DNA from: a virus
Taxonomy: Duplodnaviria > Caudoviricetes
IMG/VR virus record: IMGVR_UViG_2706795722_000001
Coordinates: 12,965-76,964 of that record
DNA: 64,000 bases
Reading direction: 5' to 3' (one strand)
Position numbers and translations under genes: made by a program. Below are positions 44,740 through 54,305 of the stretch, one piece after another. A model generated the notes under the pieces. The model saw only the letters and a list, made by a program, of their open reading frames with translations, was not told the DNA's origin and ran no database searches. The first letter of the stretch is position 1, and every line of letters starts with the position of its first letter.

Positions 44740-45272
44740 TCGAGCTCAACCCCCTCCTGCATGATGCCGCGAAGCGCGGAGTCGACGCGCTCCTTGTGCG
44801 GGTTGCGTACGTTCTGGCCCTGGTAGCGGGCACCCTTGCGCATGTCCACGCAGAACTCGCCTTCGTCCGAACCACACTTGGGGCAGTCGATCATGAACGT
44901 GTTCACGATGTAGCCCGAGTCGCTCAACGCTTCGGTGTATCGAAGTGCGATATTCTCTTCGTACTTCTGCTTCTTGACCTCGCGGTCAAGCGCGACCACC
45001 TCTCGCGGCGGGAGCGTCTTGCGAACCTCGGTGATACGAGCCTTCGCCTCCATCATCTCGGCGTAGGCTCGCACGTCATCGACTGCGCACTGGTGGAATG
45101 AGTAGGAAACCACCTGACTGACGAGCCCCTCGTTGTCGAGGAACACGCCGGATCGACAAGAGTTGACGTCGAGCGGAGCGGACCAGCGCGAGGGAACGTC
45201 GGCACGCTTGGCCCAGATGACCGGCTTGCCGCATGTGTTGCATGAGGTGATGTTGCCTGTGTCATCGGCCAT
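44736..45272 (-). CDS. Multi-Zn-finger protein (178 aa)
   Basis: CNTC...H.C and CPKC...C...H motifs. Start after GGAG RBS. Confidence 0.7.
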   Translation of the reverse strand: MADDTGNITSCNTCGKPVIWAKRADVPSRWSAPLDVNSCRSGVFLDNEGLVSQVVSYSFHQCAVDDVRAYAEMMEAKARITEVRKTLPPREVVALDREVKKQKYEENIALRYTEALSDSGYIVNTFMIDCPKCGSDEGEFCVDMRKGARYQGQNVRNPHKERVDSALRGIMQEGVELE

Positions 45273-45486
45273 CGGCGTACTCCACCTTTCCGAAGAAAGG
45301 GTGACCGCCACTGACTCGCTGCCACTTCACGGCAGTCCTGGTGTACTGCTGCTCCACCAGGTACCCCATCGGGACGCGCTCGAGTGCCTCGTCCAGCTCC
45401 GCCTTCGAGGACGTCTCGAGCCACAGCGTACCGTCGGCGAGAATCACCCGGTACGTATTGCCCGGCTCCCACTTGATGTCACTCAT
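45262..45486 (-). CDS. Hypothetical protein (74 aa)
   Basis: ATGA overlap with the VWA stop. Confidence 0.7.
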   Translation of the reverse strand: MSDIKWEPGNTYRVILADGTLWLETSSKAELDEALERVPMGYLVEQQYTRTAVKWQRVSGGHPFFGKVEYADGR

Positions 45487-47393
45487 TGCAACCTCTTTCC
45501 CAGGTGTTCGACCACCTTGCGGTAATCCTCGGGACCGTTGACCTGGAAGGTGTCGAAGCCGTATTCCTTCGGCGAGTCAACTCCCATACCCACAGCCATG
45601 AGGGTGATGTTGTTCTTCTTGGCGTACTCGATCTCCGACTTGAGAACCATGAGCTCCTCGTCGTAGTTTGAGGCAGGCATAGCTCCGTCAGTGTAGTACA
45701 TGACGATCTTCTCGGTTGCCTTGGACTGCTCGGCACGCTTGCGGTAGAACTGCAAGCTGTGTCCGTCCAGGTTTCCGGCACACGAGTTGATCGTACGCAG
45801 GTTGTTCCGGGCCTTACGGTCCCACGGCTTGCCGCTCGCCTTGATCTCGTAGAAGACGGGACAACTGTCCTCATATGTCTCGTAGTCGAACTCGGACGTG
45901 TGGGCCCAGACCTCAAACGAGATTCCGAGGCGGTGGCACACGTCGGCCATTGCCAACACTGCCGTCTTCTCGATCTCGATTGTCGAGCCTCCGGTCGATC
46001 CCGAGACGTCCATGCCGATCACGACGTGATAGCTGCGCTTGTCGGGCACGACACGCTTGGCGAACAGCCGCTCGTCACCGAACGGAACACGCCGCGCCAG
46101 CATTCGCCCCGACACCTTGCCACTGCGCTGATTGCGGTGGTGCTCGACGCGAGCGTTCACGCCGAACGCCAGTCGAGCTGCCGTGATAGCGGGACTCAGG
46201 TAACGCTCGTCCGACTTGAACGCACCCTCGCTGGGCGGGTTCTGGTAATACGAACCACTGTAGGCCCTCTGTCCGGGCTCGGGAATGTAGACCTTCGGCG
46301 CGCCCACGTTCTCCGGCACACGATCGAGAAGCTTGTACGAGTCGATTGCGTTCTGCACGTCCTCTGGCTTAAGCCCTTCGGTGCCAGAAGGATCGTCGCC
46401 GTGACCGCCCATCCCCTTCTCATCTTTGTCGCCGATCTCGATGCCGTGACCGAACAGCAGCTTCATGAGCTTGTCGATCATTTCGAGCATCTCGTCAATC
46501 GCCTCTTCGTCGTGCGGGTCCACGATCATGTAACCGTTCTCGTTCATGATCGTGAGCACCTCGAGGACAACCTCGAACGTCTCGGCGGTGTCGATTGCAC
46601 TGAGTGCACGCTTCATGCACCGCTGAAGCGGTACACTGTTGTGCATCAGGTCAACAACCTCGGGGTCGAAGTAGCCGTCGATCTCAGTATCGTTAGCCGA
46701 GAACAGGAACGCCAGCGCCAACTGCATCTCAACCTTCATGTCTTCATAGAAGGTGATGGTGCCGTCTTGATTCTGGATACCGTTGACCATGATCTCCTCG
46801 TTGAGCGCGCGGTAGGCGAGCTCCTCTTCGGGATCATTGGCCAGGCGAGCGGCGTCGCACCGCGCGTCTTCCATGCACAGCATGAGCATACTGAGCCACG
46901 GGTGACGCGCTCGATTGACGTGACCAATCAGCGGGTTCTTGGTGGTTCCGATCGAGTTAGCCATTCTCTGAACGAACACCTCAGGAAGGCTGTACTGATC
47001 GCCCACCTGGGTGCCGCACTCCATGAGCAGGTGGGTGACATACCCGTTGCGGAACTTGTCGAACGAACCGTGAACGATGTGTCCGATCTCGTGCTTAAGC
47101 ACGGTCATAATGAACTCGCGACTCGCGCACGCATGGCAGATTAGCAGACCGAACTCGCGCTCGTCGCATACCAGTCGGTTGTGCTTCTGAGGCAAGCCGA
47201 GCTCCATCGGCGGAGCGATCGTGATCGTCTTGCCGTCGGTCTGACTGTTGGCACCCGCCTGGATCTTGAGTTGCGGGTTGCCGGTTTCAGCACGAGCGTA
47301 CGACTGCAGCGCAGGGATCATCGTGTTGAACCTGCGCACCGCCTTAGCGGCAAGCTGCCTGCGCTCTCGGACACTATCGTTGTACATGTTCAC
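45483..47393 (-). CDS. VWA-domain protein (CobT/NorD-like) with N-terminal HExxH (636 aa)
   Basis: MIDAS DVSGS...GNLDG...YTDG. LKHEIGH and EDARCD in the N-terminal half. Adjacent to the MoxR ATPase. Confidence 0.85.
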   Translation of the reverse strand: MNMYNDSVRERRQLAAKAVRRFNTMIPALQSYARAETGNPQLKIQAGANSQTDGKTITIAPPMELGLPQKHNRLVCDEREFGLLICHACASREFIMTVLKHEIGHIVHGSFDKFRNGYVTHLLMECGTQVGDQYSLPEVFVQRMANSIGTTKNPLIGHVNRARHPWLSMLMLCMEDARCDAARLANDPEEELAYRALNEEIMVNGIQNQDGTITFYEDMKVEMQLALAFLFSANDTEIDGYFDPEVVDLMHNSVPLQRCMKRALSAIDTAETFEVVLEVLTIMNENGYMIVDPHDEEAIDEMLEMIDKLMKLLFGHGIEIGDKDEKGMGGHGDDPSGTEGLKPEDVQNAIDSYKLLDRVPENVGAPKVYIPEPGQRAYSGSYYQNPPSEGAFKSDERYLSPAITAARLAFGVNARVEHHRNQRSGKVSGRMLARRVPFGDERLFAKRVVPDKRSYHVVIGMDVSGSTGGSTIEIEKTAVLAMADVCHRLGISFEVWAHTSEFDYETYEDSCPVFYEIKASGKPWDRKARNNLRTINSCAGNLDGHSLQFYRKRAEQSKATEKIVMYYTDGAMPASNYDEELMVLKSEIEYAKKNNITLMAVGMGVDSPKEYGFDTFQVNGPEDYRKVVEHLGKRLQ

Positions 47394-48991
47394 CTCCTTA
47401 CGTTACGCTGTCGGGCCTTCTTCTCCTGTGCCTTGATCTCCTCGGTGACGATGTTGAGCACCACCTCGCGCGTCTCGGGCTCGAGGTAGTCGAGCACACC
47501 GAGGCTGTACGCCTTCGGGAGATCGAACCAGGCGGTAGCGCGGGCCACCTTGATCTGGTTGCGAATGCCCCAGGTCAAGGGCAGCTCGCCGTTGTCGCTC
47601 ATCTCGCGCAGCGTCTTCGCTACCCGCATGATGACGTCTTCGTGATCCTGGTTGAGGTTGAAGCCGTCCAGGTCGCAACGGGCACGGATGATACCCCGCT
47701 CCACGAGCTCGCCCGGCATGTCCACGAAGATATGCATGAGGCGCGATCCGTCAGCGTCACCGATCATCTCGGCACCGACGTTGCGAGCGTCCCAGGCAGG
47801 GTTCATCGCCATTCCGAGGAACGCGAAGGCGTGACGCTTGATGACCTCGCCCTCGTTCTTGTCGTTCACGAGCTGCTTGCTGTTGTCGGTCAGTGGACGG
47901 ATGTACTGCCACACCTCGGGCGGGCCGGTGTTCGGCTCGTCCAACACGACGACACACGGCTTGACCCAGGCCTTCGGAATGCGACCCGGCTTGAAGACCG
48001 TCTCGTTATTCTCGAAGTGCATCTTCCCGGCGAGGTCGTCGATCTCGGAGTCACGAGTGATCGAGATACGCTCGAAGGGCAGCTGCATGAGCCACGCCAT
48101 GTAGCGGAAGAACTCCGTCTTGCCGGTGCCCGCCCTGCCGTGCAGCGCAGGCGTCTCGTCCAAGTGGAACCACAGCGCGCCAACAGTGTACGAAAGCTGC
48201 ATGTGATCGACGTACTGCTCGGGGTGCTCGTCGTCGCCGGTCGCGGGAATCTTTGCTTGCTCGTCAGCACTGAATAGCTCGCGCTTGAAGATCGGCAGGA
48301 AGATCTCACGCTTGCCGCTCCGCAGCCGCCGCCAGGCGCGGATGCCCTGGGCGTCCTGTGCCGGAGTGACCGGGCGATCCGTGGGGTACGTCGCCGGGTC
48401 GACACTCGTATCGACCTGATCCGCCGAAGCAGCCGCAGCCATTTCGCCAGGCAGAATGTACTTAGCGAGCATCGGGTCGAAGTGGATGCTGTCGATCAAC
48501 TTCTGGAAGTGCGCCTGCGGATCGGTGACGTTGGCACGCTCAGAGACCTTGCACTCCTTCGCAATCGGCGCGGCCTTGAGGTCGGGAATCAGCTTTCCGA
48601 ACTTCGAGCACGCTCCCATCGTGATGTTGCCCTCGGTGTGCTCAGCCATCTTGGCACCCTGCACATAGAAGTAGCACGCGCGGCAGGTCTTCGCCATGCC
48701 AACCTTGGTGGTCGGATCAGGCGGCACGCCGACGCCGATTGACAGTGCAACCTGCTGCTTGCCAGCGGGTTCGTACGAGTTGTACGTGCGGCACTTCGAG
48801 CCGACCTCCTCGGCGCGCGCGCCCTCGTCACCCTGCGTCATCGAGGTAGTCGCGATGATGGTCCCGAGCAGTCGGCAGGTGCTCATGAGCGTCGGCTTGC
48901 CGTACAGGTCGGTCTGCTTGGTGGTGTCTTCGCGCCTGATGAGGTGGTGGCAATCGAGACAACTCTTGATGCGCTCTTCGTCAGCGGCCAT
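47390..48991 (-). CDS. MoxR/CobS-like AAA+ ATPase with two N-terminal Cys4 repeats (533 aa)
   Basis: GRAGTGKT (Walker A), VVVLDEPN (Walker B), AMNP sensor. Two CxxC...C..xG...C repeats. Confidence 0.85.
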   Translation of the reverse strand: MAADEERIKSCLDCHHLIRREDTTKQTDLYGKPTLMSTCRLLGTIIATTSMTQGDEGARAEEVGSKCRTYNSYEPAGKQQVALSIGVGVPPDPTTKVGMAKTCRACYFYVQGAKMAEHTEGNITMGACSKFGKLIPDLKAAPIAKECKVSERANVTDPQAHFQKLIDSIHFDPMLAKYILPGEMAAAASADQVDTSVDPATYPTDRPVTPAQDAQGIRAWRRLRSGKREIFLPIFKRELFSADEQAKIPATGDDEHPEQYVDHMQLSYTVGALWFHLDETPALHGRAGTGKTEFFRYMAWLMQLPFERISITRDSEIDDLAGKMHFENNETVFKPGRIPKAWVKPCVVVLDEPNTGPPEVWQYIRPLTDNSKQLVNDKNEGEVIKRHAFAFLGMAMNPAWDARNVGAEMIGDADGSRLMHIFVDMPGELVERGIIRARCDLDGFNLNQDHEDVIMRVAKTLREMSDNGELPLTWGIRNQIKVARATAWFDLPKAYSLGVLDYLEPETREVVLNIVTEEIKAQEKKARQRNVRR

Positions 48992-49044
48992 TGTTGGCGC
49001 ACTCCTTTCGGTAGTGATGGGCGTTGCTCTTGGTCACACGGTAC

Positions 49045-49073
49045 ATAGTACCACATGTGAAACCGTATGTCAA
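49045..49073 (-). promoter_or_regulatory. Sigma-A promoter, TGTGG class, upstream of the MoxR/VWA operon
   Basis: TTGACA-17 nt-(TGTGG)TACTAT. Confidence 0.8.
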
Positions 49074-49711
49074 ACGGTTTCTTCCTCGCGGTATTCGCGA
49101 TGATTCTCGTTCCAGTCCGCACGGTGCGCGTGACACATCGGGACCACTCGATGAGGCCGTACCTGTTGATATTTCGAGGGCGGTAGGTGATCGAGCGACA
49201 CGAGGCCACCGTCACCCGCACCCTCGGCTGCCTCCTGGGCGCACACGACACAGATGCGTCGCGGGTGCTGAAGCATCCATCCGTTGCGCTTCTCGAGCGC
49301 GTACGTCGGGTCAGGGATAACCTCGTATCCCTGCACACCCTGCAAGCGCTCAAGCTTGTTCAGAATGCGCCGCACCCGACTGATCTTGACATAGAAGTCC
49401 TGCCAGACCATTCCGTCGGCGTCCTCTGATGCAATCAGAACCGGCATGACCGGCTCGCGTGCGGCAGCGGCGGCTGAACTATTGAAGATCGCCGCGCACT
49501 CGGTGGTGTCTTCGTCGTCCCACCAGGGCTCGTCGCACCCGATGGTCTGTACCCAGTTGCGATGCGTGATCGAGAACGGTCCCTGATTGAGCTCCATGTA
49601 CGTCGGCTCGGTGGGCAGTCGGTCAACCACTAGCTCGAGCCGCGCCGGTAGATCGTACTCACCGGACATTGCGGGGTCGAATACCTCGGCGGCGAGGATG
49701 TTGAGTGTCAC
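49070..49711 (-). CDS. Hypothetical protein with C-terminal CxxC/CH motifs (213 aa)
   Basis: GTGA overlap. CVVC...PMCHAH. Confidence 0.7.
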   Translation of the reverse strand: MTLNILAAEVFDPAMSGEYDLPARLELVVDRLPTEPTYMELNQGPFSITHRNWVQTIGCDEPWWDDEDTTECAAIFNSSAAAAAREPVMPVLIASEDADGMVWQDFYVKISRVRRILNKLERLQGVQGYEVIPDPTYALEKRNGWMLQHPRRICVVCAQEAAEGAGDGGLVSLDHLPPSKYQQVRPHRVVPMCHAHRADWNENHREYREEETV

Positions 49712-49869
49712 TCGTTCTCCGTTCCTAGCAGCCGCATAGCGGCTTCGATGTCATCTTCGGTTACTGGATTGCCGGTCACCTCGCGGGGTGTCTCGCCTAG
49801 CGTTTCACCCGCGCGGGTGACCGGCACCAGTTCGCCTTCGTCGTTGAAGTGCCAATCCTTGGCGCTCAC
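49708..49869 (-). CDS. Small hypothetical protein (53 aa)
   Basis: GTGA overlaps at both ends. Confidence 0.55.
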   Translation of the reverse strand: MSAKDWHFNDEGELVPVTRAGETLGETPREVTGNPVTEDDIEAAMRLLGTENE

Positions 49870-50066
49870 TCGTTCACAACTTCGAGGTGGGCGGCGTCGG
49901 CGATCACCTTGAGTGATGCCTCGCGTTCTCTGTGGAACCAGGGCACCGGACCACTGCCCGACTTGTTCGTGTTCATGCACCGCGTCTGCGGTGGTGATCC
50001 GCACTTCAGACATGTGAAGTCGATGGGCGTGAGCGTCACACCGTCGAGCATGTACAACTTCTTCAT
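49866..50066 (-). CDS. Small Zn-finger protein (66 aa)
   Basis: CLKC...C...H motif. GGAG RBS. Confidence 0.65.
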   Translation of the reverse strand: MKKLYMLDGVTLTPIDFTCLKCGSPPQTRCMNTNKSGSGPVPWFHREREASLKVIADAAHLEVVNE

Positions 50067-50075
50067 GACTTTCTC

Positions 50076-50492
50076 CTATCTACAGGGCTCATGCCCTGGG
50101 TCTGTGGCGTCGATCGTGGCGGCAGCGTCACCAATCGACGCCCAGGCATTATTCATCGCCTGCGCAACTCGATTCAGTTCGGCACGCAATGCGGCCTGCT
50201 TAACGGAATCCTTGTTGTACAGATTGGCGATGATCTCGCCCTGAATGCGCTCCAGGTCACCCTTGGACTGCGACAAGACCTTCTGGCCTTCGCGCAACTT
50301 CTGGACAGCGTTCATCCAATTGACACACTCGGGTGTAGCCTTGCCGCGCACCTCCTTCTCGACAGTCTTTGTAACCTGAACCATCATTGCGGGCTGGGGC
50401 TTCGCGGGAGCGGGCGGCTCAGGTGCGAACAACGTCACACTGAGCACGCCCGCGACCGCGAGGCCGAGCACGAACCATACGAACGAGCGCAT
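50076..50492 (-). CDS. Membrane-anchored coiled-coil protein (138 aa)
   Basis: N-terminal hydrophobic helix FVWFVLGLAVAGVLSVTLF, then heptad-like helices. Confidence 0.75.
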   Translation of the reverse strand: MRSFVWFVLGLAVAGVLSVTLFAPEPPAPAKPQPAMMVQVTKTVEKEVRGKATPECVNWMNAVQKLREGQKVLSQSKGDLERIQGEIIANLYNKDSVKQAALRAELNRVAQAMNNAWASIGDAAATIDATDPGHEPCR

Positions 50493-50494
50493 AT

Positions 50495-51436
50495 TCAGTC
50501 GCGGCTCGCTGCGCCAGGGTACCAGGCACCGGCCTTGTTGTCAACGTAATCGACAACGTCAGCGCGCTTCGTGATGCACTCGGAGCCGAGACGGTAGTAG
50601 CGGCTCTTGTCATCGGTCAGTTCACGACCGCAGTTGACACACTCGGAGAACTTGGCGCCATAGCGGTCAGCACATCCGGCCTTGTCCATCATGATCTGCG
50701 TCAACAGGTCCGCAACCGTCGAGCCGTGCACGGTGTTTCGCCCCGTGACGCTGCCGGTAGGGAAGTAGAACTGCAGGTCATTCCAAGCGTCGGACGACTT
50801 GTACTGCACGACACGGTACTCGGTACCGCCGAGCGCCTTGCTCTTGCGCGTAGACACGCGCATGAAGACAACCTGGGTCTCGTCATCGTTCGCGACAGCG
50901 TACCTGCCGTCAGGGATCATGCGCAAGATGTTGTAGTCGAGCTTGTCTTTCACGGGCGTCACGACAGCGGCGAGCGGGTCGGGTGCACTCGGCAACGTCG
51001 AGACGCGCGTGGACTCGTCACGCTGGTCCTCGGGCACGTCGGACAAGTCCTGCAGTTGCGCGATCACCTGGCTGGCGGCGAGCATTGAGTCCACCTTGCC
51101 CTCGATCCGCGCGAACTTCTCGTCACACAGGTGGTCGATGAAGCCGAGCTGGCGATCACTTGCCGGTCGCCTCGAACGGGTGTCGGCGGGCCTGTTCGGA
51201 CCCGGCTTCACGACACGCTGGCCAACCAGGGCGGTGGGCTGAATCGAGACGGGCGCGGGATTCGGCGCTGGCATCGGTGCGGCGTGGCTTGCGGTCACGG
51301 CACGGGCGAGCTTGTTCTCGATCTTCATGATCTCGGCAATACTAGCGTTCTGTCGCGCGGCGAATGCGTCGAGGCTGTTCTGCATCTGGGTTCGGATTGC
51401 GTAGATCTCGTTCAGTGCATCACTGATGTCACTCAT
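50495..51436 (-). CDS. Hypothetical protein with C-terminal Zn-ribbon (DUF6011-like) (313 aa)
   Basis: CVNCGRELTD..S....LGSEC, and an ASDRQLGFI motif. Confidence 0.7.
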   Translation of the reverse strand: MSDISDALNEIYAIRTQMQNSLDAFAARQNASIAEIMKIENKLARAVTASHAAPMPAPNPAPVSIQPTALVGQRVVKPGPNRPADTRSRRPASDRQLGFIDHLCDEKFARIEGKVDSMLAASQVIAQLQDLSDVPEDQRDESTRVSTLPSAPDPLAAVVTPVKDKLDYNILRMIPDGRYAVANDDETQVVFMRVSTRKSKALGGTEYRVVQYKSSDAWNDLQFYFPTGSVTGRNTVHGSTVADLLTQIMMDKAGCADRYGAKFSECVNCGRELTDDKSRYYRLGSECITKRADVVDYVDNKAGAWYPGAASRD

Positions 51437-51657
51437 TTTGTCAACACCTCCTCTGCGATTGCGGTACCCGTGCTCATGCCCGAGAAGGCGCTGAACACAT
51501 CGTACTCGGTGAATGCGTCACACTCAAGAGTGCGCACCAGACGTTCGCCCGGTCCGAGCGCTTCGTCCATCTTCTTTCGGCAATCCCAAAAGGTTTTGCC
51601 ACTGAACTTACGCTTCTCGGCAGGCGTCGCGTGCCAGGTGATTGTACCTTGCCACAT
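51433..51657 (-). CDS. Hypothetical protein (74 aa)
   Basis: ATGA overlap. Tiling. Confidence 0.6.
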   Translation of the reverse strand: MWQGTITWHATPAEKRKFSGKTFWDCRKKMDEALGPGERLVRTLECDAFTEYDVFSAFSGMSTGTAIAEEVLTK

Positions 51658-51660
51658 GGT

Positions 51661-51885
51661 CTACACCCGCGTCCATGACATAGCGCGCACCGCGCCAGCG
51701 GCCACGCTGCGCCACTTCGAGGGGCGCGCGGGTGAATGGACCGGATCGACCGGAGCGGGCGTCCACGGGGCGGACAGGGGGCTGTACGGGGTCACGCTCG
51801 GCGGCGCGGGGGCGGCATGGCGCGGCGCGGTCGCGGGCCGGGTCACGGGCGGGTAGTCCAAGGTGTTCAAGCGATGCTTCGGCAT
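51661..51885 (-). CDS. Pro/Ala-rich protein (74 aa)
   Basis: GGAG RBS before ATG 51885. Very high GC3. Confidence 0.55.
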   Translation of the reverse strand: MPKHRLNTLDYPPVTRPATAPRHAAPAPPSVTPYSPLSAPWTPAPVDPVHSPARPSKWRSVAAGAVRAMSWTRV

Positions 51886-51913
51886 TGCGATGCACTCCGT
51901 TTCGGTAGTGTTG

Positions 51914-52222
51914 TTACTTCTTCTTGCTAAGCAGGTAGACGAGATCACGCTCGATGTTCTCGGCGCGAGCGAGCGTGAACATGGCACCGATTCTCGACGT
52001 GCGCGTGCACGCCTGCTTGAGCCAGAAGTCACGTTCTTTAGTGAGGCGCTCAATCAGTTCGGCGGGCGGCTCGTCGCAATCGCACAACGGAATCAGTTGT
52101 GTGCACTCGGGACACACGAGGTCTTGCTCGCATGTGTCGCACAGGTAGCCAGCGCTACCGAGCCACGCGCTGTAGACGTCCACGACACGCGCGCAGTTGG
52201 TGCAGTTGGCGAGGGTAGGCAC
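51914..52222 (-). CDS. Cys-rich Zn-finger protein (102 aa)
   Basis: CTNC, CDTC, CPEC, CDC motifs. Confidence 0.65.
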   Translation of the reverse strand: MPTLANCTNCARVVDVYSAWLGSAGYLCDTCEQDLVCPECTQLIPLCDCDEPPAELIERLTKERDFWLKQACTRTSRIGAMFTLARAENIERDLVYLLSKKK

Positions 52223-52226
52223 GGCT

Positions 52227-52355
52227 CTACCGCGCGGCGCGCTTGGGGGCCTTGGCGAGCTTGACCAGCGACACGCGGCCCTGCGGCTTGCGGGACTTGT
52301 GCAGCGACACGGTGCGCGGTGCGCGGGGCGCCTTGGCGAGGTTCACGACGTACAT
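52227..52355 (-). CDS. Highly basic micro-protein (42 aa, not in track)
   Basis: MYVVNLAKAPRAPRTVSLHKSRKPQGRVSLVKLAKAPKRAAR*. AAGGAG RBS, no acidic residues, strong GC3. Confidence 0.7.
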   Translation of the reverse strand: MYVVNLAKAPRAPRTVSLHKSRKPQGRVSLVKLAKAPKRAAR

Positions 52356-52722
52356 AGTTTGCACTCCTTACGGTAGTGGTGTGTAGTTCTGTAGTCCGGA
52401 CTGGACTAGAGGGAGCGTCGGGCACGGGCGCGCCGGTAGATTTCGCGCACGAGGCTAGGTGATGCACGTAGGGGGATTACGCCCCGACGCTTCCACTAGA
52501 CGAGTCCGAATTGAGGGCGGTCGCCGCGCGGGGCTTAGTGTGACCCGCGCCAGCCGCGCGGCGACCTGTTGTTGCGCTGTCGTGACGCCCTGACCCGTGT
52601 CGGAGGTCTCGACCTTCGGGCGGGGGCGCGGCGACAACTTCGTGATTGACACGCTCACGATGGGCGCTCGGTACGCCTCGGTAACTAGGTGATGCCTCCA
52701 CCCGACCTTATCGTACCCGTCC

Positions 52723-52750
52723 CCCGCGCTACCTCATTCGGTAGCGCGGG
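52723..52750 (-). terminator. 11-bp hairpin downstream of the 306-aa gene
   Basis: CCCGCGCTACC-TCATTC-GGTAGCGCGGG. Confidence 0.55.
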
Positions 52751-52810
52751 ACGCTCAGGGCCTATGCGGCTTGTTTTAACGTGGGCCCTGACCCACGGGA
52801 CGCTCGGACG

Positions 52811-53731
52811 TTAGTCCTTCGTCGCGCCCTTGACGCCCTGCTCGTTCTCGCCGGGGGTCACGCCCTCGACGCCGGACTTGCCGAACAGGCGCGCCGACAC
52901 GGCACCGCTGGACGGGTGATCGTCGCCGTACTCCTCCGAGGAGTGCTTCACGATCTCCGAGACGGTGAGGAACGTGCCCGAGGCGACACCATCGAACGCG
53001 CTCTCGATGTGCGCGGCCACGTTGCGGCGGACGCCGGTGAACGGGGCACGCGGGGCACCCGAGGCGGTGCGACCCTTGCCGAGGCCCTTGCCCTGCACGA
53101 GCTTGACCGCAGCGGCGGCGACGGGGCTGATCTCGGGCGCGTCGCCACGGGTCTCCTCGTCCTCACGCGACCACTCGATGTACTCCTCGGCCTCGCGGGT
53201 GGCGATGTCGATATCGAGGGGCTCGAAGTCCTGCACCTCGTCGGGCGCGGTGTTCACGAGGACCTCGCGGGCGATCTCGAGGGCGGCGACACGCTCGGCG
53301 AACGCGACGGCCGGATCGACCTTCGGCGCGGCGGGCTTCGGCTCGGCCTTGGTGGTCAGGAGCCGGTCGCTGATCTCGTTGTACGAGACGGCCTTGATGT
53401 ACTCGCCCGCCGGGAGCGCGGCCTTCATCTGGTCGTTCACGTAGTTCTTGGCCAGGTTCTTGTACTTGATGCCACCGGTCACGGCACGGTACGCGGCGGA
53501 GACGGCGTCGAGGTTGGCCTCGGTCACGGTGCCGGTGTCGGCGTCGGCCTCCTCCACGGCCTTCTCCACGGCCTCGGTGAAGTTGTCGACGGCGGGCAGG
53601 TGCTCGGCGTCGGCGGCGGCCTGCTTGGCCTCCTTCTCCTCGGCGGTGGGCTCGGTGGCCTCGGGGGCCTGCTCGACGCTGGCGTCGAACTCGGTGTCGT
53701 CGGCGGTGAAGACGTCGGTGCGGTCGCTCAT
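52811..53731 (-). CDS. Ala/Glu-rich, probably highly expressed early protein with possible C-terminal DNA-binding domain (306 aa)
   Basis: Extreme GC3 bias, AGGAGGT RBS, its own promoter, and LTVSEIVK...HPSSGAVSARL. Confidence 0.85.
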   Translation of the reverse strand: MSDRTDVFTADDTEFDASVEQAPEATEPTAEEKEAKQAAADAEHLPAVDNFTEAVEKAVEEADADTGTVTEANLDAVSAAYRAVTGGIKYKNLAKNYVNDQMKAALPAGEYIKAVSYNEISDRLLTTKAEPKPAAPKVDPAVAFAERVAALEIAREVLVNTAPDEVQDFEPLDIDIATREAEEYIEWSREDEETRGDAPEISPVAAAAVKLVQGKGLGKGRTASGAPRAPFTGVRRNVAAHIESAFDGVASGTFLTVSEIVKHSSEEYGDDHPSSGAVSARLFGKSGVEGVTPGENEQGVKGATKD

Positions 53732-53813
53732 GGGATTACCTCCTGGTTTGGTGGGCGGGTGACGCAGGTTGCGCCGGTGTGCCCGTGGGGTGTTCGTTTT
53801 CCGTTGTACCTAT

Positions 53814-53842
53814 AGCCTAGCTCGTATCGGCTCGATGTGCAA
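53814..53842 (-). promoter_or_regulatory. Sigma-A-type promoter
   Basis: TTGCAC-17 nt-TAGGCT. Confidence 0.6.
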
Positions 53843-53875
53843 GCGGCTTTTGGTACTAGTTTTGCGTGACGCGGG

Positions 53876-54187
53876 TCACGCGGGTAGTTCGGACACGTAA
53901 CAAACCGTGTCGTTTTCCATCCAGTTCGCGGTGCCGCACTTGATCTCGGCTCCTAGTATCAACCACTGGTAGGCCGCGCCAGGCCGGTGCACGTTGGCTA
54001 TGCGGACTATGCCACGCGCCATGGTGAGGGCCTGATCAAGGGTATCGTAGGTGTAACGGGTCTGGTGATTCCCGTTACGCCACACGCTAACCTGATGCCG
54101 CACTGCGTGCGGGTTGCGGTCACGGTATAGCCGGATGATGTGATCCGGCGCTTCACCGATCTCGGGTAGTTCGTTCGCGTCACTCAC
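53876..54187 (-). CDS. Hypothetical protein (103 aa)
   Basis: ORF track. Overlaps the stop of the upstream micro-gene. Confidence 0.6.
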   Translation of the reverse strand: MSDANELPEIGEAPDHIIRLYRDRNPHAVRHQVSVWRNGNHQTRYTYDTLDQALTMARGIVRIANVHRPGAAYQWLILGAEIKCGTANWMENDTVCYVSELPA

Positions 54188-54296
54188 GATTGCCTACTTT
54201 CACGTATGCAATCACGATGATTGCGAGTGCAATCACGAGGTGGATGCCGTTAGCACCGCGAAGGGTACCGGCGATGAAGTCGAGGACTGCGTACAC
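54180..54296 (-). CDS. Single-TM micro-protein (38 aa, not in track)
   Basis: GGAGG RBS. MYAVLDFIAGTLRGANGIHLVIALAIIVIAYVKVGNRE*. Confidence 0.55.
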   Translation of the reverse strand: MYAVLDFIAGTLRGANGIHLVIALAIIVIAYVKVGNRE

Positions 54297-54305
54297 GCGG
54301 GCCTC

